This document shows, one piece after another, positions 1 to 9,032 of a stretch of DNA of 64,000 bases; the first letter of the stretch is position 1, and every line of letters starts with the position of its first letter. This DNA comes from Gammaproteobacteria bacterium (lineage in GTDB: Bacteria; Pseudomonadota; Gammaproteobacteria; Enterobacterales; Psychrobiaceae), in the NCBI GenBank assembly GCA_013214945.1, contig JABSRT010000009.1:63070-127069 (forward strand), given 5' to 3'. The notes under the pieces are model-generated. The model did not search any database. It saw nothing but the letters and a program-made list of their open reading frames with translations, and had not been told where the DNA came from. Made by a program: the position numbers and the translations under genes.

Positions 1-46
1 GCTGACATAGTTGTTGCTGAAAATCGTTTAGCGCATTTTTAGTCAT
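1..46 (-). CDS. First 15 codons (MTKNALNDFQQQLCQ) of the gene following the DUF692 gene; by position the DUF2063/BufC-type partner; continues beyond the window
   Basis: ATG at 46-44 overlaps the DUF692 stop (CAT GAC TAA read as ATGACT). The family call rests only on conserved operon context. Confidence 0.35.
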   Translation of the reverse strand, partial: MTKNALNDFQQQLCQ

Positions 47-917
47 GAAGACCTCGCACCCCAACTAATTGATTAAGGTAATGTTGCGCCTTATCAGCTT
101 CGGCTTGTAACACGGGCCAAGCTGGCACGTCGGTATCCCATTCAATTAACGTTGGCACAGGTCCAACATGCGCTAAAGCAAATTGATAAAGCTGCCACAC
201 GGCTTCACAGGTGATGCTGCCGTGGTCGTCAATTCTAATCTCGCCCATGCCTGCTAATGACTGAACAGAGTGCCCGGCTAAGTGAATTTCACCCACCAAA
301 TCTGCAGGAATTGCCGTAATATATTGTTTGGCATCAAAGCCGTGATTACAGGCGCTAACAAACACGTTGTTAACATCGAGCAATATTTTACAGCCACTGC
401 GCTGCGCTAAACTCACTAAAAATTCAGCTTCAGTATAATCACAGGCTGACAGTTCAAAATAACTCGATGGGTTTTCTAGCAAAATTTGGCGTTGTAATAC
501 GGTTTGAGTATAATCGATGTTTTGGGCCATCAGCGTTAAACTTTGCTCGGTGTAAGGCACCGGCAATAGGTCGTTTAATACCGTTGAGTGGTAGCGGCTC
601 CAAGCCAGATGTTCAGACACTAAACCGGGTTGATAACGGTCAATTAACTGCTTAAGCGCGTTCAAATGATTGCTGCAAACGCCTTCACTGGAACCTAAAG
701 ATAAACCAACGCCATGGATTGAAAGCGGATAATTCTCACGAATTTTAGTCAAATTATAATGGGTTGCCCCACCACCGCCCATGTAGTTTTCAGCGTGGAT
801 CTCAAACCAACCGACTTTAGGCGCTGCCGCTAAAATATGTTCGAAATGCTGGGGTTTTAATCCAACGCCCGCCGTAGCGGGAATTGAATCAACACCGAGG
901 TTGATCGGGCTGCTCAT
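39..917 (-). CDS. DUF692 (UPF0276) MbnB/TglH-like iron enzyme, BufB-like RiPP maturase
   Basis: 292-aa ORF. GVGLKPQHFEHIL, FEIHAENYMGGGG and LIEWD motifs are typical of the DUF692 TIM-barrel family. ATG at 917 (TTG 920 is the alternative) lies 5 nt after the precursor stop. Confidence 0.85.
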   Translation of the reverse strand: MSSPINLGVDSIPATAGVGLKPQHFEHILAAAPKVGWFEIHAENYMGGGGATHYNLTKIRENYPLSIHGVGLSLGSSEGVCSNHLNALKQLIDRYQPGLVSEHLAWSRYHSTVLNDLLPVPYTEQSLTLMAQNIDYTQTVLQRQILLENPSSYFELSACDYTEAEFLVSLAQRSGCKILLDVNNVFVSACNHGFDAKQYITAIPADLVGEIHLAGHSVQSLAGMGEIRIDDHGSITCEAVWQLYQFALAHVGPVPTLIEWDTDVPAWPVLQAEADKAQHYLNQLVGVRGLHD

Positions 918-921
918 CAAA

Positions 922-1179
922 TTACTTCTCAGTTAAGCTGCCACCAACTAGCTTTTCACAGGTGCCTTTAGCAACTAACATCCAGGCGTTACCCTGAGCA
1001 TCTTTAGTTGATGTACCGGCACATGAAGTACCTGGGCCAGCTTTACAGTCATTTTGGCCCGCTTTAGCGACGCCATAACATTTTTCCATGTCACCTTTGG
1101 CTGCTACTACTGGTGAATTAACGACTGCAAGGGTAATCGCTGCTGCTACTGCAGTATTGAGTATTACTTTATTATTCAT
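922..1179 (-). CDS. DUF2282 family secreted Cys-containing peptide (bufferin BufA1-like RiPP precursor), 85 aa
   Basis: Sec-type signal peptide ([27 protein letters not shown]) followed by [26 protein letters not shown]...[19 protein letters not shown] with 4 Cys. SD TAGGA lies 7 nt before ATG 1179. The longer track ORF (to 1242) lacks an SD and would bury the signal peptide. Confidence 0.8.
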   Translation of the reverse strand: MNNKVILNTAVAAAITLAVVNSPVVAAKGDMEKCYGVAKAGQNDCKAGPGTSCAGTSTKDAQGNAWMLVAKGTCEKLVGGSLTEK

Positions 1180-1248
1180 AATAAATCCTAATTTAAGCTG
1201 AAGAAGTAAGTTGGCGAGTTGCTCGATAAAGAACAAGAGCATACCGGC

Positions 1249-1263
1249 GTCTTATATAAAGAC
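1249..1263. promoter_or_regulatory. Perfect 15-bp palindrome GTCTT-ATATA-AAGAC about 70 bp upstream of the DUF2282 start; candidate operator overlapping a TATA-rich -10-like element
   Basis: Read directly from the sequence. No cognate regulator gene is visible in the window. Confidence 0.3.
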
Positions 1264-1364
1264 CTGTGTCCACCGAATAACTTTCAAAAAATATTAATTT
1301 TTATTATTCTAGCGATCTAAAACGAGAATTAATAGATTGAATAATAGGAGTTTTTGATCTAAAT

Positions 1365-2198
1365 CTAACTGTTGTTTATTGCAACCAGTAGCTCTGGGGT
1401 GATTTGATAACTTTTACTTTCGCCAGTTAACGGGCAAATAAAAGCCAAGGCATAGGCGCAAAGCTGTAGGTCAGCTTCATGGTGCTGCGCTTGACCATAA
1501 AGTCGGTCACCAACAATAGGAAAGTTAGCGCTTAAAAGGTGGCGTCTTATTTGGTGTTTACGGCCACTGCCAATACTAATGTCGAGCAATGAAAGGTCTT
1601 GTAACGGATCATATTGCAATAACTGCGCAGTCGTCTGAGCGCTGCGATCGTCAATTGGCAAATCAAACTCAAGCTTCGCCGGGAATTGACCCGCGACCAC
1701 CGCTTGATATTTTTTGCTAATTTGACGCTGTTCGAACAAGTGAGTTAGTTGCTGGACTGCGCCTTTGCTGTGCGCGATCAAAATTAAACCTTGGGTTGCC
1801 CGATCGAGCCGATGCACAATAAAAACGGGCCGTTGTGGTTCTAAATTTAATTGGGAAAACCGAGTTATGGTGCTGTGATCGCCCCACTTAGAACCCTGAC
1901 TCATCATGCCGCTAGGTTTGCTCCACACACTATAGTCCCCACAATCAGCCACTAATTCAGGTTTGGTAAAGTCATCGCTTAGCGCCACTTCGTTATAATA
2001 CAAATGCACTGACTGCCCAGCTTGTAATAATTTTTTGGCCCGGCGTAACCGTTCGGTTTTAGTGCCAACAGTCAGCCAAACAGCACCTTTATGCATTACC
2101 TGCTTAAGTTGTTGTTTCGATAAAGTGCTGTGTTCGCTTAACAACAAAATTGCGGTGGTAGGTTCGGATACATCAAGATGAAGCTCAAAAGATTGCAC
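1365..2198 (-). CDS. RluA-family pseudouridine synthase
   Basis: HRLDRATQGLILIAHSKGA catalytic-Asp motif and GRKHQIRRHL motif; GTG start. Confidence 0.85.
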   Translation of the reverse strand: MQSFELHLDVSEPTTAILLLSEHSTLSKQQLKQVMHKGAVWLTVGTKTERLRRAKKLLQAGQSVHLYYNEVALSDDFTKPELVADCGDYSVWSKPSGMMSQGSKWGDHSTITRFSQLNLEPQRPVFIVHRLDRATQGLILIAHSKGAVQQLTHLFEQRQISKKYQAVVAGQFPAKLEFDLPIDDRSAQTTAQLLQYDPLQDLSLLDISIGSGRKHQIRRHLLSANFPIVGDRLYGQAQHHEADLQLCAYALAFICPLTGESKSYQITPELLVAINNS

Positions 2199-2263
2199 GA
2201 AATAAACTCTGACTGCTAAAGAGCTAATGATACCATTGCCTTAATGTTGTTTGAGAAATTATT

Positions 2264-2767
2264 TTATTTGCGACGACTAAGCGCAATGCTCCGCCCTGCT
2301 AACGCGGGCAACTCAAAGGCAGAGTGAGCATGTAACATCCCGTCGACCTGAGCTTGAGTCTGGCTTAAAAATGGTGCAGCGCGGTGACTTTTCATATCGA
2401 TATGTAGCAATAACGACTCCATCACAGCCAGCTCTTGGCCACTAGTGCCATGTAACATGGTAAAAAACACCCGCAATTTTTTATTATCGCTTTCCAACAA
2501 CTGCACTTCAACTCGCAACGGCTCGGCTTCACTGACTTCTCGTAAATAATGAACCATGCTTTGCAGGGTATAAATGGTCACCTGATGATCAGTTCTAAAT
2601 GCTTCGTCCAAACCTAACCGTACCATTAATTCATCAATTGCCTTGCTAAATACCACCACATAACAAGCGTCATTCATGTGGCCATTATAATCAATCCAAT
2701 CAGAACTGACCGGTGCTTCGAACACGATTAATTTGGTTGGAATTTTTGCTGTCATTTGTTTTGTCAT
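2264..2767 (-). CDS. 4HBT/YbgC-type acyl-CoA thioesterase, CdhB-like (putative betainyl-CoA thioesterase)
   Basis: Hotdog-fold N-terminus (DWIDYNGHMNDACYVVVFS). The context beside the BKACE/carnitine dehydrogenase genes matches the Pseudomonas cdhCAB arrangement. Confidence 0.7.
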   Translation of the reverse strand: MTKQMTAKIPTKLIVFEAPVSSDWIDYNGHMNDACYVVVFSKAIDELMVRLGLDEAFRTDHQVTIYTLQSMVHYLREVSEAEPLRVEVQLLESDNKKLRVFFTMLHGTSGQELAVMESLLLHIDMKSHRAAPFLSQTQAQVDGMLHAHSAFELPALAGRSIALSRRK

Positions 2768-2816
2768 TACTATCCCTCACAGTTATCTCTCACAGTTATT
2801 TATCACCGTTATCTCT
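2765..2816. repeat. 4 x 13-bp tandem repeat ending in the thioesterase start codon. Minus strand: AGAGATAACGGTG / ATAAATAACTGTG / AGAGATAACTGTG / AGGGATAGTAATG
   Basis: Read directly. The last unit carries the functional SD (GAGGGA) and the ATG at 2767. Confidence 0.75.
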
Positions 2817-2922
2817 CTAGCCATGTTAGCGGTCAATAAAAATAACAACTTGACAAAACTCGCACAATAAATGATATATTTCGACACTAACGAGGTCTTG
2901 AATCGCTCAGGGAAATACAACA

Positions 2923-3879
2923 ATGTTTGGTGATAATCCATCGAGTTACCCCCAGAAAATTAATTTTTTGTTAGTGCCCGGCTTTTCGTTGTTCGGCCTC
3001 ACGTCAATGCTAGGGCCATTACGCCACGCCAATCGCACCAGCAATCGTGAGTTATATCAATGGCAGTTAATTTCTGAATTTGGCGGGCTGGTCTGCAGCA
3101 GTGACGAAATAGAAATAATGAGTCATACCAGCATAAATCCACAGCTCGACTGTGCAACCTTAATTATTTGTGCTGGTTACCAGCCGCAAGATCAAATTTC
3201 ATCAGCGCTGCTTGGTTTTATTCGTCGTCAGGCCAATCATGGCGCCGATATTGGTACCCAAGATACTGCCGCTTATATCGCTGCGGCTGCGGGCATTCTC
3301 GATGGTTATCGTACGACTATGCACTGGGAAAACCTCGAGAGCATGGCCCTAACCTACCCTAAAGTGAAATTGTGTCAGGAATTACTGGTGGTCGACCGCC
3401 GCCGTTTCTCCTGCCCCGGCGCGCTATCAGGGCTCGACATGATGTTACACCTAATTACTACCCAACACGGCAATGGGCTAGCAACTGCGGTATCAGATGA
3501 GCTTATTTATACCGACAAACGCGATCATAACGCACCGCAGCGTACTCAGCTACAAGTGCGGATCGACAGTCGAAATCCGCGACTTAATGAAGCAATTCAA
3601 CTGATGGAGCGTAACCTTGAAGAGCCCTTGTCCATTCCTGAACTTGCTGAATATGTCGGGGTGTCAGACCGAGAACTCGAACGGGTCTTTAAACATTACC
3701 TACAAATTACCCCAAATGCCTTTTACCGTAATTTACGCCTTGATCAAGCACGCTGGATGCTGCAACAAACGACCAACAGTGTCACCAGCATTTCGGTGGC
3801 TTGTGGTTTTGCCTCTATTTCCCATTTTACCCGTAGTTACCAAAAACGTTTTAATAAAAATCCTAGCCAGCAGCGCTAG
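2923..3879 (+). CDS. GlxA-family AraC-type transcriptional regulator (GATase1-like domain + HTH), CdhR/GbdR-like
   Basis: N-terminal DJ-1/PfpI-like domain (FLLVPGFSLFGLTSMLGPLRHANR) and C-terminal AraC HTH (SISVACGFASISHFTRSYQKRF). Divergent from the thioesterase gene and upstream of the BKACE gene. Confidence 0.85.
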   Translation: MFGDNPSSYPQKINFLLVPGFSLFGLTSMLGPLRHANRTSNRELYQWQLISEFGGLVCSSDEIEIMSHTSINPQLDCATLIICAGYQPQDQISSALLGFIRRQANHGADIGTQDTAAYIAAAAGILDGYRTTMHWENLESMALTYPKVKLCQELLVVDRRRFSCPGALSGLDMMLHLITTQHGNGLATAVSDELIYTDKRDHNAPQRTQLQVRIDSRNPRLNEAIQLMERNLEEPLSIPELAEYVGVSDRELERVFKHYLQITPNAFYRNLRLDQARWMLQQTTNSVTSISVACGFASISHFTRSYQKRFNKNPSQQR

Positions 3880-3954
3880 CAACTCCATGCCCTTCGCTTA
3901 GTCTCTTGATCCGTCCTCAAACACTGCGATGTCGTAAAAATCTCAAATAGTCCC

Positions 3955-4007
3955 TTTACGACACCCTGCTCTCAATTGCGAATTTAGGCAAATAAACAGC
4001 GAAAAAT
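3955..4007 (+). promoter_or_regulatory. Tripartite conserved element copy A: TTTACGACAC-N14-CGAATTTAG-N12-CGAAAAAT, about 100-150 bp upstream of the BKACE gene
   Basis: Identical blocks with identical spacing recur at 10567-10619. An inverted half-site GTCGTAAA lies at 3931-3938. Confidence 0.5.
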
Positions 4008-4106
4008 GACAAAAATATCACAATTTCGATGCGTAATATGAACTCATACCGCAACTCGAGCTGAGCAATCCGCGTCAGTTTCGACCTTAATAGAGTCTGG
4101 AATATT

Positions 4107-4997
4107 ATGAATCAAGATGTAATTATCACTTGTGCGATCACGGGTGCCGCCGACACAGCAGACCGTAGCCCTCATGTACCAGTAACCCCTGCACAAATTG
4201 CCGATGCCGCCATCGAAGCTTGGAATGCCGGGGCTGCGATTGCTCATATTCATGTGCGAGATCCCGAGACTAAACAATGCTCTCGTCGGTTAGATCTTTA
4301 TGCCGACGTTTGTCAGCGGCTACGCGCATCGAGCTGCGACATTATTATTAACTTAACCGCAGGCATGGGTGGCGACTTATACATTGGCCCCGATACCAAT
4401 CCAACCGAATTTGCCCTAGAAACTGACTTGGTCGGTGCCGCTGAACGCCTGATCCACATAGAAGCGCTAAAGCCAGAAATATGTACCCTAGATTGTGGCT
4501 CGCTCAATTTTGGCGACGAGAATCTAGTGTATGTTTCAACCCCCCAAATGTTGCGCCAAGGCGCTGCGCGTATTAAAGAGCTGGGCGTGACCGTTGAACT
4601 GGAAATATTTGATACCGGCAACCTATGGTTTGCACTGCAAATGATCAAAGAAGGCTTGGTTAATGACAACGCAATGTTCCAACTTTGCCAGGGCGTGCCA
4701 TGGGGGTGCCCGCCGGAATTTAGTTTATTAAAAGGCATGGTTGATATGCTGCCAAACAATGCCAACTGGACCGCGTTCGCACTTGGACGCAATCAATTGC
4801 CTTGGGCCGCCCAGTCTGCCTTATTAGGTGGCCATGTCAGAGTCGGACTTGAAGATAACCTCTACTTGGGCAAAGGCGAACTGGCGACCAACGGTCAACT
4901 CGTCGAACGTTCGGTCAACATTATTGAAAACATTGGCGGGCGAGTATTAAGCCCTGCCCAAGCCCGCGACCATTTACGCCTGCGCGGCAGCCAATAA
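4107..4997 (+). CDS. BKACE family (DUF849, 3-keto-5-aminohexanoate cleavage enzyme-like) enzyme, dehydrocarnitine cleavage enzyme CdhC-like
   Basis: IITCAITGA...[33 protein letters not shown]...NLTAG motifs; sits adjacent to the carnitine dehydrogenase gene. Confidence 0.85.
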   Translation: MNQDVIITCAITGAADTADRSPHVPVTPAQIADAAIEAWNAGAAIAHIHVRDPETKQCSRRLDLYADVCQRLRASSCDIIINLTAGMGGDLYIGPDTNPTEFALETDLVGAAERLIHIEALKPEICTLDCGSLNFGDENLVYVSTPQMLRQGAARIKELGVTVELEIFDTGNLWFALQMIKEGLVNDNAMFQLCQGVPWGCPPEFSLLKGMVDMLPNNANWTAFALGRNQLPWAAQSALLGGHVRVGLEDNLYLGKGELATNGQLVERSVNIIENIGGRVLSPAQARDHLRLRGSQ

Positions 4998-5017
4998 TAC
5001 TATTTCCATTAAACTTT

Positions 5018-5056
5018 TTTACCACAGAGCTTTACCACGGAGTTTTAACAATGAGC
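5018..5056. repeat. 3 x 13-bp tandem units TTTACCACAGAGC / TTTACCACGGAGT / TTTAACAATGAGC running into the carnitine dehydrogenase start codon
   Basis: Read directly. Unit 2 supplies the SD (GGAG) for ATG 5051. Unit 3 is diverged (8/13). Confidence 0.6.
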
Positions 5057-6019
5057 AGACCAAATCCAAATGAAGTAACCCGAGTCGGGATCTTAGGCAC
5101 TGGCGTAATTGGTGGTGCGTGGGCGTTGCATTTTTTACGCATGGGCATGGACGTAGTCGCCTACGATCCGGGCCCTAATGCCCGCGAAAAATTACAAGCA
5201 ATGATCGACCATACGTGGCCAACGATGGAAAAGCTAGGTTTGCGCCAAGGGGCAAGTCGCAACCGACTGCACTTTGCCGATAGCCTTGAAGAAATGGTTA
5301 ATAGTGTTGAAGTTATTCAAGAAAGCACCCCAGAAAACCTCGACAACAAACGAGCTCTATTTGCCGAGTTAGACCACCTAACCCCTAAAGATGTGGTGAT
5401 TATATCTAGCACCTCTGGTTTTGCGATGTCGGATATGGCGGTAGAATTACAACTGAGTGCCGAACGTTTTGTGGTTGGCCACCCGTTTAATCCGCCTTAC
5501 TTAATCCCATTTTGTGAAGTCTGTGGCGGCGAACGTACCAGTCAAGAGGTTGTTGATTGGACAGCCGAATTCTATGAAGCGGTTGAGAAAAAAGTCGCCA
5601 AGATGGAAAAAGAATTGCCGGGCTTTATCGGTAACCGTCTGCAAGAAGCACTCTGGCGTGAAGCCTTGCACATGGTGGCCAACAACGAATGTTCAGTAGA
5701 AGATATTGACAAAGCCATTGCCTATGGCCCCGGTTTGCGTTGGGCGATTATGGGCCATTGTTTAACCTATCATTTAGGCGGCGGTCAAGGCGGCATGGCA
5801 CATTTGCTCGACCATTTTGAAGATGCACTCGAAGAACCATGGACCCGCCTAAAAGCACCCAAGTTAACGCAGCAACTTAAAGATGACATGGTTGCAGGTT
5901 GTTTAACTCAAGCCAATGGTGCGAGCATTAACGATCTGATTGAGGAACGAGATGATTGCTTGATCCGCATTATGGCTACGCTGCAAGAATACCGCGAAGA
6001 ACGTAAAATAATTCGTTAA
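5051..6019 (+). CDS. L-carnitine 3-dehydrogenase (3-hydroxyacyl-CoA dehydrogenase family), CdhA-like
   Basis: Rossmann motif VGILGTGVIGGAWALHF, 3HCDH N- and C-terminal domains, operon context. Confidence 0.8.
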   Translation: MSRPNPNEVTRVGILGTGVIGGAWALHFLRMGMDVVAYDPGPNAREKLQAMIDHTWPTMEKLGLRQGASRNRLHFADSLEEMVNSVEVIQESTPENLDNKRALFAELDHLTPKDVVIISSTSGFAMSDMAVELQLSAERFVVGHPFNPPYLIPFCEVCGGERTSQEVVDWTAEFYEAVEKKVAKMEKELPGFIGNRLQEALWREALHMVANNECSVEDIDKAIAYGPGLRWAIMGHCLTYHLGGGQGGMAHLLDHFEDALEEPWTRLKAPKLTQQLKDDMVAGCLTQANGASINDLIEERDDCLIRIMATLQEYREERKIIR

Positions 6020-6252
6020 TAAAACTGTTACCACCACCTTTTAACTGACCGATTTTAATTCCGTTAAAGGCGAGCAGTTAAAGGAGATGGTATAGGCCAA
6101 CACAGGTCGTAAACACACATTAAGAATTACTCGTCCCGTTTTATTATCAAATGACTACGGATCAAAATATTGTTTCGAAGATGATAATAATGTAAAAATC
6201 ACGTTCACTATCAGTCAATCTTCACAATAATAAAAACAATGGAGAATCTATT

Positions 6253-7908
6253 ATGGCGTCCCCCCAGTCAGGACACAGCAGTGCCACAACCACCGTATTT
6301 AAAGCCGAGCTATTGGCCAAAAGCGGACTATTTAAAGACATGCACCGAGGAATGTGCATTAGCGCCGCGAGCCTAGTATTAGCCTTTGTGCTGTTTACCG
6401 CGTTTAATACTCAATTGGCTGGCACTATTTTTGGTGCCGCGCGCAGCTGGATCGAATCAGTGTTTGGTTGGTATTACATGGTAACAGTGGCATTTTTAGG
6501 CTTAGTCTGCTGTTACATTGTATTTAGCCGCCATGGCAGCATTCGCTTAGGCGATGATGATAGCAAACCGGAATTTAGTTATTTTTCTTGGTTTGCAATG
6601 TTGTTTTCTGCAGGCATCGGCATTGGCATACTCTTTTTTGGCGTCGCTGAACCGATTTTTTATTTTGATAACAGCGGTGCCTTTGGTTATCCCAACAACC
6701 CCTATGCTGATATGGCTGGCGCAACAGAGATGGGGCATCAACGAGCGGTCGATGCACTTCGAGTAACCTTCTTTCACTGGGGATTACACGGTTGGGCTGT
6801 TTACGTCATTGTTGGCATGTCACTGGCTTATTTTGCTTATCGTAAAAAATTACCGCTGGCGCTGCGCTCTGCACTTTATCCATTAATTGGCGACCGTATT
6901 TATGGTCCAATCGGCCATGCGGTGGACCTGCTCGGAGTACTTGGTTGTGTATTTGGTGTTGCGACATCACTGGGCCTTGGTGTTAGCCAAATGGCGGTTG
7001 GTCTCGAACGTCTAGTTGGCATTGACCCCGGCCTAATCACTCAAATCGTTTTAATCGCTCTGATTTCTGTTGTTTCGATATTTTCGGCCTTGTCGGGCGT
7101 CGGTAAAGGCATTCGAGTAATTTCTGAAGCCAATATTATCGTTTCAATTTTGGTGGTTGCGTTTTTTCTCTTCGCGGGCCCAACGGGCTGGTTAATCGAT
7201 GTTTTTGCCGAGTCCTTAACGGATTATCTCGCTAACTTTGTGCAAATGGGCCTGTGGTTTCCACAAGAAGAGGGACCAGCAAAATGGCAAAGCGGTTGGA
7301 CCGTTTTCTATTGGGGCTGGTGGCTAGCATGGGCACCTTTTGTTGGCCTGTTCATTGCCCGAATTTCTCGCGGTCGGACCTTACGTGAATTTGTGATCGG
7401 GGTATTACTGGTACCCACCTTAATCATTTTTGTGTGGCTTGGCATTTTTGGTGGCACCGCGCTTTATCAAGAACTTCATGCCAGTGGTGGTGTTGGCACT
7501 GCTGGTTTAATTGACATGGTCAACGCATGGAACCTGCCCGCCGCCTTATTCGCGAGCTCAGACGGTGTTGCTGGTGATGGTGCTTTGGGCTGGGTCTTGT
7601 CTGCGATGATGGTATTTTTGTTGCTCAGCTGGTTTGTTACCTCGTCTGACTCAAGCACCCTGGTATTGACGACTATTTTATCGCTGGGCAATGAAGAGCC
7701 ACCGAAGATCTTTAGAGTATTTTGGGGCGTCGTAATTGGTTTGGTCGCCGCGGCCTTACTTATTGCTGGCGGCTTAAGTGCACTGCAAACCGCTAACATG
7801 ATGGCCGCGTTACCGCTAAGTGTCGTGATATTATTGATGACTGTAGGGCTGCTAAAATCCTTATATCAAGATTCTCGTGCGGCAGTCGTTGCGCCGACAA
7901 CGGTGTAA
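6253..7908 (+). CDS. BCCT family betaine/carnitine/choline transporter
   Basis: 551 aa and polytopic. BCCT signature region WTVFYWGWWLAWAPFVGLFIARISRGRTLREF. Confidence 0.9.
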   Translation: MASPQSGHSSATTTVFKAELLAKSGLFKDMHRGMCISAASLVLAFVLFTAFNTQLAGTIFGAARSWIESVFGWYYMVTVAFLGLVCCYIVFSRHGSIRLGDDDSKPEFSYFSWFAMLFSAGIGIGILFFGVAEPIFYFDNSGAFGYPNNPYADMAGATEMGHQRAVDALRVTFFHWGLHGWAVYVIVGMSLAYFAYRKKLPLALRSALYPLIGDRIYGPIGHAVDLLGVLGCVFGVATSLGLGVSQMAVGLERLVGIDPGLITQIVLIALISVVSIFSALSGVGKGIRVISEANIIVSILVVAFFLFAGPTGWLIDVFAESLTDYLANFVQMGLWFPQEEGPAKWQSGWTVFYWGWWLAWAPFVGLFIARISRGRTLREFVIGVLLVPTLIIFVWLGIFGGTALYQELHASGGVGTAGLIDMVNAWNLPAALFASSDGVAGDGALGWVLSAMMVFLLLSWFVTSSDSSTLVLTTILSLGNEEPPKIFRVFWGVVIGLVAAALLIAGGLSALQTANMMAALPLSVVILLMTVGLLKSLYQDSRAAVVAPTTV

Positions 7909-7951
7909 GCAACCTTAATTGTAGGCAGGTAAATTAAGTGCGAATAGCGAA

Positions 7952-8980
7952 ATGACGACTTCTGGCAACTACCCCGCTTTACGTGAGCCATCACTCAAGC
8001 GGCGGCAATCTAACAGCGTGTTAAAGCCCGATCAAAACGGCATTATCACTTTGTCTTTTTTATTATTGCCTGAATACGCGATGATCTCACTGCTTAGTGC
8101 GATTGAACCGCTGCGAGTCGCTAATCGGCTCGCCGGTAAAACTTTGTATCGCTGGCAATGTTTAAGTGAAAATGGTCAGCCAGTATTTGCAAGTAATGAC
8201 ATGGCCTTGCAGCAACACCAGGCCATGGACGAGGTCGCAACACCGCGCAACCTCTTTGTGGTGAGCAGTTTTAACCCACAAAATTATATCAATCAAGTCA
8301 CCATTAGCTGGCTGCGGCAACTTAATCGTCAGGGCTGTTTGTTGGGTTCTTTTGATACCGGTTGCTACTTGCTGGCTGCCGCGGATCTGCTCGATGATCA
8401 TCCCGTTGCCTTGCACTGGGAGGCGATTCCCGCGTTTGAAGAAACTTACCCCAGACTCAAGGTAAGTCCCGATCTGTTTAAGATTAGCGCCAATAGGATC
8501 ACCTGCGCAGGTGGCACTGCTGTATTAGATTTATTCTTTGAGTTGTTGCAACAAACCGATGATAGCAGTTTAGCCTCGTCGGTTTGCGATCAGTTTATTA
8601 AAGGGGCTATTCGACAAAATTCAGATAAACAACGGCTTAATTTAGCCCATAGCCTCAACATCTATAATCCAAGGTTGTTAAGAGTTTTAGCTTTAATGGC
8701 AAGTCAAATTGACAACCCAATGCCTCTCAACCAGTTGGCGAAAATGAGCTTTGTATCGCTGCGTCAACTAGAACGGTTATTCCAGCAGTTTCTCAATTGT
8801 TCGCCCTCACATTACTACCTTAACCTTAGGCTGTATCGCGCCCGCCAATTATTGTGTGAGTCGAGCTTAAGTACCCCAGAAATCGCCGCAGCCAGTGGCT
8901 TTAACTCCACCTCACATTTTGGTCGAGTTTACCGCAAATATTTTGGCATCACCCCAGGGGCACAACGACGGGTTAAGTAA
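7952..8980 (+). CDS. Second GlxA-family AraC-type regulator (GbdR/CdhR/SouR-like)
   Basis: Same two-domain architecture as 2923-3879 (LLLPEYAMISLLSAIEPLRVANR ... SGFNSTSHFGRVYRKYFG). Confidence 0.85.
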   Translation: MTTSGNYPALREPSLKRRQSNSVLKPDQNGIITLSFLLLPEYAMISLLSAIEPLRVANRLAGKTLYRWQCLSENGQPVFASNDMALQQHQAMDEVATPRNLFVVSSFNPQNYINQVTISWLRQLNRQGCLLGSFDTGCYLLAAADLLDDHPVALHWEAIPAFEETYPRLKVSPDLFKISANRITCAGGTAVLDLFFELLQQTDDSSLASSVCDQFIKGAIRQNSDKQRLNLAHSLNIYNPRLLRVLALMASQIDNPMPLNQLAKMSFVSLRQLERLFQQFLNCSPSHYYLNLRLYRARQLLCESSLSTPEIAAASGFNSTSHFGRVYRKYFGITPGAQRRVK

Positions 8981-9032
8981 TCGCAATGCGCATGAAAAAT
9001 TCCACATGCACACGCGATGACTACTCACCTAT

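Noticed and set aside
4313-4792. 159-aa ORF antisense to the BKACE gene. The same applies to 12487-12939, 25314-25772, 60966-61367, 7476-7799, 49785-50120, 16377-16712 and 47858-48160.
   Set aside because: All lie fully inside, and antisense to, genes with strong family signatures. Their translations are low-complexity (Ser/Pro/Arg/Ala-rich) with no SD or promoter. They are typical shadow ORFs.
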